Of a stretch of 64,000 nucleotides of DNA, positions 26,481 to 35,100 are shown one piece after another (within the stretch, counting starts at the first letter, position 1; every line of letters begins with the position of its first letter). The stretch is from a bacterium (GTDB lineage: Archaea > Thermoplasmatota > E2 > JACPAO01 > JAHFTW01). The notes under the pieces were generated by a model. It searched no databases and had not been told where the DNA came from. It was given only the letters and a program-made list of their open reading frames with translations. The translations under genes were made by a program, and so were the position numbers. The DNA is taken from assembly GCA_040390065.1 (NCBI GenBank), contig JAZJZE010000006.1, positions 12,551-76,550 of the forward strand, read 5' to 3'.

Positions 26481-28943
26481 GTGGTGCACAACGTGGTCGC
26501 TGTCCAATCCCTTCGCAAATTGCCCATCGTCGCCGTCGCCTTGGTGATGTTGGCATCCGCGCTCATCCTGCCGCCATCGCACATCGTTTCGCCCGCGGAC
26601 GCGACCGCCACCCCGACGTCGACGAAGTTCGGCATGTCGGGCGCGCGCATCTGGAACAACTACAACCTTGCGACCGTCACGGCGGTCGGAGAGGCGGGTC
26701 CGAGCGGCGCCTGCGGCTGCGAGCCCACGATGGGCGTCGACTGGGTGCACGGCAACGGCAAGGACGCCATTTACCAGGCGATGACCGAGACCTTCTGCCT
26801 CTCCTGGGACGACAACCAGCCGATTGGCGTCCCGCCGCAGCTCACGATGACGCGCTGCACGTCGCAATTCAACAACTACGGCGCCACGTACGGCGGCGGC
26901 GCCGTCCAGCCCAACTACGACCCGATCCTCTATACGGACTTCGACGGCGGCCGCACCTTCGCCGGCGGCCTCGTCATCAACCCGCCCCCGCCGGCCAACC
27001 CGGTGACGCCGATTGTCTGCGGCGTCCTGCCTTACCCCGCCGGCTGCACCTACGGCTGCAGCGAACTCTCCTTCACCGACACCAACGACGGCTCCGACGG
27101 TTGGATGCCCGTCACCGACGCCTGCGCCCTGCCTTCGTGGGATCATGAGACGATCAGCGGTGGACCCTGGGCCTTCCCGCCCCCGAGCTGGGCGGCCCCC
27201 GGCTCGCGTGCCGTCTATTACTGCGCGCAAGTCGGCGAGATCGCCTGCTGGACCTCGTACGACGGCGGCGTCACCTTCTCACCGACGAACCTCGCAAACG
27301 ACCCGAGCAACGACGACTGCACCGGCATCCACGGCCACATGCGCATCGGCCGCATGTACAAGGGCGACGACGTCGGCGAATCCGGCAGCGACCCGCAGGA
27401 CGGCCTCGGCTACGCCTACTTGCCCGACAAGGCTTGCAGCATCGGGTCTGCCGCGGCCGCCGCGGCTTCCACGCCGCCCACGCCGCCTGCCTGCAAGGTC
27501 AACCCCGGCAACCTGCCGTGCAAGACCGGCTTCGTCTACAGCAAGGACAACGCCCTTTCCTTCATCGAGCGCGAGCGCCCGGACACGAGCTCGACCGACT
27601 GCAGCACGAACCCGCCCCCGGCCGGCCCCATCCTGCGCCCCGGCCACATGGACCCCTCCATCGCGCCGTCCCTTGACAACGGCTGGATCTACCTCGGCGC
27701 CGGCGAGCAGGGCGCGACGGCCGGGCAGCCCGGCGGCGCCTACATCGCCATGAGCAAGACGAACGGCGCAACGTGGGAAGACGTCGGCGTCGGCAACGGA
27801 GCCTGCCCCGGTACGAAATACTTCAACGTCGGCGCCCTCGCTGGCGTCCAGCAGGCCACGATGGCGGACGTCATGGTCGGCGACGACGACCGCGCAGCCT
27901 TCGCTTTCCTTGGCAGCACGGCATCCACCGCGGACTACGACAGTTGCGGCGGCGGCGCGTCGGCGCACATCTTCAACCTCTACGTCGCCTTGACCTACGA
28001 TGCGGGCAAGACGTGGACCGTGGACAAGGTCACGACCGACCCCGTGCAGCGCGGCGGCATCTGGCCCTACGGCGGCGGCGCAACGTGCCGCAACCTCCTC
28101 GACTTCAACGACATCGTGACGGACTACCAAGGACGCATCATGATGGCCTACAGCGACGGTTGCGTCGGCACTTGCGCCGGGCCGACCGGAACCTCCGGCA
28201 TGTCGACGAGCGCGGACGCCGCGGTTGCTCGTCAGACGACGGGTCGTGGTCTGTTGAAGGCGTATGACATTCCGGATCCTCCGCCAACGCCGTTGCCGGA
28301 TGATTCTTCGTCGCCCAGTTCCGCGGGCCCCGTGCAGTATCAACCGTATGGGCCGGAAGTGACGGATACGAATGACCAGGATGGCGATGGCGTCATCGAT
28401 GCCAACGACGACTGCAAGACCGTCCCCAACGCAGACCAGAAGGACACTGACATGGATTCCTTCGGCGATGCGTGTGATGCGGATGATGATGGCGATGGTA
28501 TCCTCGATGGTGCCGACAATTGCCAATTCGTCCCTAACGCGCAGCAACTCGATGCCAACCACAACAAACTCGGTGACGTCTGCGATGCGGATGCGGACGG
28601 CGACGGCAAATTGAATGCCGCCGACGATTGTTGGCTCATGCCGAATGCGGATCAAGTCGACTTGGATCGCGACGGCATCGGCGATGTTTGCGACAAGGAC
28701 CGCGACGGCGACGGTGTCCCCGACTCCAGCGACGCCTACCCTGATGACCAGTCGCGTTGGAACGGCGACCTCGTGGATGCCGCGGGCGCTCCGCAGACCA
28801 TCGGCGAAGACCACCGCCCCATGAATGGCGTCGAAGCCAAGACGGCCGGCAGCACCAGCAGCATGCCCGTCCTCATGATCGCCGGAGCCCTCGTCATCGC
28901 AAGCATGCTCGCCCTCATGCTCCTCATGCTGCGGCGAAAGTAA
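26481..28943 (+). CDS. BNR/Asp-box propeller protein with three or four TSP type-3 repeats and C-terminal TM anchor
   Basis: Asp-boxes (TDFDGGRTF, TSYDGGVTF, SKTNGATWE, TYDAGKTWT). TSP3 repeats (DQDGDGVIDANDDC...). C-terminal helix MPVLMIAGALVIASMLALMLLMLRRK. The ORF opens at a GTG (26424) that lies inside a TATA-like AAGCTTATAG. I therefore prefer GTG 26481, which gives MVHNVVAVQSLRKLPIVAVALVMLASAL; the start remains uncertain. Confidence 0.8.
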   Translation: MVHNVVAVQSLRKLPIVAVALVMLASALILPPSHIVSPADATATPTSTKFGMSGARIWNNYNLATVTAVGEAGPSGACGCEPTMGVDWVHGNGKDAIYQAMTETFCLSWDDNQPIGVPPQLTMTRCTSQFNNYGATYGGGAVQPNYDPILYTDFDGGRTFAGGLVINPPPPANPVTPIVCGVLPYPAGCTYGCSELSFTDTNDGSDGWMPVTDACALPSWDHETISGGPWAFPPPSWAAPGSRAVYYCAQVGEIACWTSYDGGVTFSPTNLANDPSNDDCTGIHGHMRIGRMYKGDDVGESGSDPQDGLGYAYLPDKACSIGSAAAAAASTPPTPPACKVNPGNLPCKTGFVYSKDNALSFIERERPDTSSTDCSTNPPPAGPILRPGHMDPSIAPSLDNGWIYLGAGEQGATAGQPGGAYIAMSKTNGATWEDVGVGNGACPGTKYFNVGALAGVQQATMADVMVGDDDRAAFAFLGSTASTADYDSCGGGASAHIFNLYVALTYDAGKTWTVDKVTTDPVQRGGIWPYGGGATCRNLLDFNDIVTDYQGRIMMAYSDGCVGTCAGPTGTSGMSTSADAAVARQTTGRGLLKAYDIPDPPPTPLPDDSSSPSSAGPVQYQPYGPEVTDTNDQDGDGVIDANDDCKTVPNADQKDTDMDSFGDACDADDDGDGILDGADNCQFVPNAQQLDANHNKLGDVCDADADGDGKLNAADDCWLMPNADQVDLDRDGIGDVCDKDRDGDGVPDSSDAYPDDQSRWNGDLVDAAGAPQTIGEDHRPMNGVEAKTAGSTSSMPVLMIAGALVIASMLALMLLMLRRK

Positions 28944-29065
28944 GGCGCTTCATCGGCCGAAACCAGCCGAAACTGCCCTCGCTGCGCGTTCCACCGGCCG
29001 CTTGCCACCCTGTTGCCAGCCCAATCGGCAAGTTGCGTAGCATCGGCCAAACTCCTTCGGTGGCG

Positions 29066-29074
29066 TTTTAAATA
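29066..29074 (+). promoter_or_regulatory. Archaeal TATA box (TTTTAAATA) of giant gene 1
   Basis: Matches TTTAWATA-type archaeal TATA boxes. The context ggcgTTTTAAATAccccc is shared with giant gene 3. The inferred start lies about 50 nt upstream of ATG 29147. Confidence 0.6.
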
Positions 29075-29146
29075 CCCCCATCATGGTTCAACCTGCCATT
29101 GTCCCTAGGGAGACCATCCCAAGGGCCAATTGATCGAGGTCCCACG

Positions 29147-32100
29147 ATGCAGCGCACGCAACCCACCGGCCGCCTGAACAGGTTCTCGGCCCTGACCCTG
29201 ACGTCTCTCCTGGTAGTCGCCGGGCTTTTCGTCATCCCCCTGCTGGCCCCGAACGTCAGCGCTGCACCGCCCGTGGTCGCCAAACAATGGTACCAGGACC
29301 TCGACTGCAACGGCCACGTCGACGCGGTCACCATTGTCTTCAACGACCCGCTCGGCACCGCCGTGGCGATGAAGGACGACTCGATCCGTCCCTCCGACTT
29401 CACCCTCACCTACGCCCTCGGCACGGGCACCATCAGCATTCCCGCCAACGGCTTCATGACGACGGCACCCGTCCCCGGCTCCGGCTACCCCGCCGCCGGT
29501 TGCGTTGCCGGTGTCACCGCAGGCCTACCGTCCTCTCCCGGCACGAACCAACCGACGGCGGCCAACGGCTGCCCCGCCGGAGCCGGCATCGACGACTCGT
29601 GCTTCACCCTCCTGTTCCCTGAAGGCCTCAACCCGGACGGCGGCCCCACGAACAACGGCGGCACGGCCTACAACCCGCCAGCCATCACGTACAACCCTGA
29701 CGCTGCGGCACCGGCGCACACCGTCGCGGGCATCAACCTCGCGTCGCTTGGCGCTTGCGCCTCCGGCACCTGCCGGTTCGACGCGACCGCGCCGACGCTG
29801 CGCGCGGCCTACGCCAAGACCGGCGATTCGACCATCACCGTCCTGTTCTCCGAGAACGTCGGCGTCGGCGCCAACGCCGGCACCGTCCCGGCCGCCACGG
29901 ACTTCTGCGTCACCGGCGCCGCGCAACTCGCGGGCAGCCCCCCTGTCTCCGTCCCGTCCGGAAGCCTGCCCAACCGCGGCTTCAAACTGACGCTCACGGC
30001 GCCCATTGCCAACCCCGCGGCCGTCACCGTCGGCGTCGGCAGCGGCACCTGCACCTCCAACATCGTCGACACCGCCGGCAACATCGTCCCCGGCCGCACG
30101 GTCACGACGGGCGCGCCCTTCGTCAACCGCGTCTATGCGAGCGCCGGCGACGCGACCCTCGTGATCGAGTTCAACGGCCCCGTCTGGGACGGCACGACCG
30201 ACATCACGCAGATTCAGAGCACCTTCGAGGTCATCACGGGTTCCGGCTCCGGCCTCACCGGCCTGCAGAGCACGGGCTTCCACACGAGCGGCTCCGACCG
30301 CGTCCAGGTCTCGGCCCAAGGCTCGCCGCCTAACAAGTGCGACATCACCCAGTCGGCGACCGATTGCGGTTCCGCCAACGCGGGCACCCGCATCCGCATC
30401 GCGGCCAACAAGATCTTCGGCTTCAAGGCGACCGGCATTCCTGAACAGCCCACCGGCACTCCGGTCGGCCCGTGCGTCTTCACCAACACCGCGGAGGATT
30501 TCTGCCTCAACGACCCCGTCAATGTCCCGACGCCTCCCGCCGGGGTCTCGGGCTCCATCACGGCGCCGCGCGTCGTGCAGTTCATGACCGAGGACACCAA
30601 CCAGAACGGTTGCCTGGACACCATCAAGGTCACGTGGAACGAGAAGATGGACGACAGCACGATTGGAGGAACGGGCTGGCGCGTCTTCTTCCCCAACGAG
30701 GTCGTGCAGACGCTGCCGACGATGCAGTCGCTTGAGCCGACGACCGGCGCCGGCGCGGCGAACGACCAGTACACGTACCTCAACTTCCTTGCGGGAGAGA
30801 CCTGCACCGGCTCCACCCCGTCGCCCTACGGCAACACGGGCGTCCTGCCCCGGGTGTCCTTCTGCGACGGCATCGATGTCTCGCGCTCCGGCGCCTGCCT
30901 CACATCGACCAAGGACTTTTCGGGCCTGTTGAACACTGGCAGCCAAATGGTCGCCGGCAACAACATGGCTCTCAAGAATTACATCTACCGCGCCCCGACG
31001 GTCGACGGCGCCAAGCCTGTCATCGTGGCGGCTTCGACGCGCGACACGGCCCCCAACGACGGCTACCTCGACGCAATCAAGATCCAGTTCTCCGAGGGCA
31101 TTGATGCAACCACGGTCGACGCGACGCAGTGGACGGCGGTCATCCCCGCCTGGACCGTCGCGGCCCGCTGCCCGCGCGCCGTCGGCTTCACCTACTCGGT
31201 GACGAGCGTCACGACGACCAACTCCAACCCGCAGACCCAGCCCGCGCTGCCGACCCTCGGCACACTCGCAGGCGACGTCATCCTCAACCTCGCGGCCACC
31301 CCGGTCACGAACCCGGTTGGCGACTCGGGCTGCGTCCCCGACGTCACGTACACGGGCGGCGCCAAGTTCGTCAAGGAGTCCAGCGCCACACCGGGCGGCC
31401 TGCTGGCCAACAACGTCCCGGCGGACACGTCGATTGGCGTCTGCGCAGCGGACGGCACGCTCGGCGGCAACGGCAACACGTTCACCAACAACAAGCTGTG
31501 CGAGAACGATGGTGCGCCCCCCGTCATCATCCCGTCCCTGACGTTGGGCACGGTCGGTTCCGACACGGCGTACGTCACGATGAGCGAGCCAGTGTTCGGT
31601 TCGGGCGGCGGTGCGCCTCCGGCAACCTGCGGCACGCCGGCGGCCGGTGGCACATGGGCGGCTAGCCAAGGCTTCCTGCGCGCCTCCGACTTCGACTACC
31701 AGGACAACTCCAACGGTGGCGCCACGGGCATCGCCGGAGTGAGCTCCATCAGCAGCGACTGCCGCAAGTGGCAGATCACCCTCAACGTCCCGAACGGCGG
31801 CGGCCTCAGCAGCTCGGACCAACTCGCCGACTGCATCCAGTCGCGCATTCCCACGTCGTCTGCCCAGGAAGGCATCCGCGATGCGGTCCCCGCAGCGCCT
31901 TGGGTCTCGCCCCCGGCCACACCGACCGGCATCGGCAACGTCGGCTACCCGACGGACGGCGCAACCATTCCCTGCGTCAAGTTCACGACTGGACCCTCGC
32001 CGGTCTCCGGCGCCGTCACGATGGACTCCGACAGGGACGGCTCCCTCGACGCCATCCAAGTCACGTTCACGTCGAGCGTCAAGGACATCGTCACCAATGC

Positions 32101-35100
32101 GGCGACACCGGCCTTCGTGGCCGCCGCCTGTCCGGGTGACGCGGACTGTGGCGCCGCGTTCAAGGCCATCAGCGGATCGCTGGTCTGCCGCGTCGACGTC
32201 CTTCCGACTGCCGCTGGCACCGTCGGCCCCGAGGACCGCTTCTACGCCCACGTGGGCGGCACATGCACGGCCACCGTCGCGGACGGAGACTTCCGTTACT
32301 CCGGAATGCCGGGCACGGCCGCCATCAACAAGAAGGCAGGGACCCCGGTCGTCTGTGTCGGCACGGCGGACGCTGACTGCGGCAATACCCTCACCGGCGT
32401 CACGGGAGGCACTCTGCGCCGGGTGGGTGGCCCAGGCAGCGGTGGCGCTCCCACGGCGACGGACCTGCTTTACAACGACGTCGGCGGCTCAAGCACGACG
32501 AACGTCGAGAACGGCGACTTCCGCCTGTCCGGCGCCGACTCGCGCGCCTGGTCCGTGACCTTCCCGTCCGGCGTCGCCATCGTGAGCGGTGTGAGCAGCG
32601 GCCAGGCCACCGGCCCCGGCACGCACTCCAACACGTTCGGCACCGCCCCCACCGGCGCCGCCTGCCACGACTCGACGATCCTGACGGCCAACGTCGCCAA
32701 CGACAACATCCTCTACATCTGCTTCGAGGAACTGCGCGACGCGGCCGGCAAGCTCATCCCGAACACGGGCGCGGTCCCGACGTTCAGCTACATGGGATCG
32801 ACCCTGCTTGACTCGACGGGCGGCGTGATTGGTGTCTTCAACAACCAGGCGACGGTCGACGGCGCGCAGCCAGTCCTGGTCTCCGCCTTCGTCGGCACGG
32901 TTGCCACCGGCGCGTTGCCGATCCTCGGCGCGCAGCCCAAGACGATCACGGCCACGTTCAGCGAGCCGGTCACCGAGACGGGTGGCAACGCTCTCTTGGT
33001 CTCCGACTTCGCTTACACGAACGGCAACGCAGGTGCGGCCAACACGAACTGCCCCAGCGGCGCCGCGAGCCTTGCATCGCTCGTCTCCGGCGGCACGGCG
33101 CCCACGGGAACGCTCAGCCAGACGCACACGGTCGTGCTCACGACGGACGGGCCCATCACGACCTTCGACGTGGGGCCGAACCCCGTCACGGGCGTCTTCC
33201 TCGCCGGCGGCGGCACATGCCTGACAGTGTTCGACAGCGTCCGCGCCATCTCTGGCCAAGTGGTCGAGAAGGCGGCTCCGCACGCGACCGTCTACACGCC
33301 GGCCTCGGCCCTGCGCCTCACGGACGCGGAAGCTCCGAGCATCGCGAGCGCTGGTTTCATCGACGCCAACGGCGACGGCATCATCGACGCGGTCCAGGTC
33401 AAGTTCAACGAAATGGTCAACGACGCTCCGCTGACGGCCGCCGACTGGTCGGTCAAGATCGGAACGCAAGCGCTGACCATCAAGGCCGTGACGACGGGCC
33501 AAGACGGCACCGAAACCGTCGACGGGCCGGGCGTCTGCCAGAACACGTATTCGCTCGCGACGGGCACGGGCGCCGTGAAGACGGTCTTCGCGCTGTACCC
33601 GGACGAGGTCACGCCCGCAACCGGATTCGGCAAGGGCCTCTTCGACGACACCATCTTCCTCTGCCTCAACCCCGACGCGGCGACCGCCAACGGCGGCACC
33701 AAGACGCTGGGCACGGGAGCCACGGGCTCGCTGCTGTACTCCGCCGCTGCCCCCGCAAGCCGCATCACGGACGTCCAGATGGCGACGAACAAGTTGCAGG
33801 ACCTCGCCGCGGCGGTCACCATCGCAGACCTGGCTCGCCCCGTCATCCTGAACAACTGCCGCGTCGGCTCGGTCCAAGCCGGGGCCACCTGCCCCGCAGA
33901 TGTGTCCGACGTCAGCGTCGAGACGGTTGACCTCAACAGCAACGGCAAGATTGACGCGCTGAAGGTCACGTTCTCGGAGAAGGTCAAGGACAGCACGTTC
34001 ACGGTCGGCCAATGGAACCTCGCCGCACGCGCGCTCACGGGCATGCAGAGCGGCTCCATCGTCCCGACGCCGGCCGGCGAAGTCGACGACGCAACCATCT
34101 ACCTCACCTTCGCCGAGGCCTCGTCGCTCGACAGCGGCACGGGCCGCTACGGCTCGGCCACCATCCCCGACGTCGCGTACTTCGGTTCCGGCTCGATGAA
34201 GGACCTCAACAACAACCTGCTTCGCGGGGTGAGTCCCGGCGCGTGCAACGCACCGACCGTCGGCTGCTCCGACGAACGCGACGGCGCTGCCCCGACCATC
34301 GTATCCATCACGGCTGCGCCCGGCACGAACCTGGTCACCATCCAGTTCAGCGAGAACGTCGGCACGGGTGCGACGGGCACGGGCGCCATCGGCACGGCCG
34401 ACCTGGCGTACGTCAACACTGCCTCGGGCGGTGCCTCCAGCATCAACAGCATCAGCCACGCCGTCGGCAGCTCGACCCTGACGCTCACGCTGAATGCCAA
34501 CCTGAACTCGGCCGATGTGGCAAGCGGCGGAGACAAGATCGTCTTCACACCGGGCAACATCAAGGAGTTCAACTGCGGCGCCCACACGCCCCCGTACGCT
34601 TACCCCATCGTCGGCCCTGCGGCGCCCAACTCGTGCTACCGCGAAATCGCGATCACGCAGTCCAGCGTCGAACTCGCAGGTGTCAAGAGCCACGCGCCGC
34701 CGACCGCCCCGGTCCTCACGAAGGACCCAACCGGTGACACGGCAACGGGCGCCAAGTTCACCTGGACGGTCCCGACGACATCCGGTGGCGCGACCCTGGC
34801 ATCCTACGAGTTCTTCGTGTGCCAGGCCCCGACGCTCCCCGCGTCGCACGCGGGCTGTGTTGCTCCGACCGGCGGCCAACCCGCCGCCTCGGCCACGTCG
34901 CTCACGGTGACCGGCCTTACGACGGGCAGCACGTACAGCTTCGGCATCCGTGCCATCGACTCGGACGGCCTGGCTGGCGCCGACTCCAACGGCATCAACG
35001 GTTATGTCCCGGCCGCGCCGGACACCGATCCGCCCTGCGCCATCACCGACCTCTCGGTCGGCACGACGACCAGCAACTCGGTCACCCTGACATTCCAGTC

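Noticed and set aside
23518-27230. Minus-strand ORFs 23518..25344 and 25323..27230 opposite the transglutaminase-like, lipoprotein and BNR genes
   Set aside because: Shadow ORFs with no motifs. The plus-strand genes have lipoboxes, catalytic-triad motifs and Asp-boxes.
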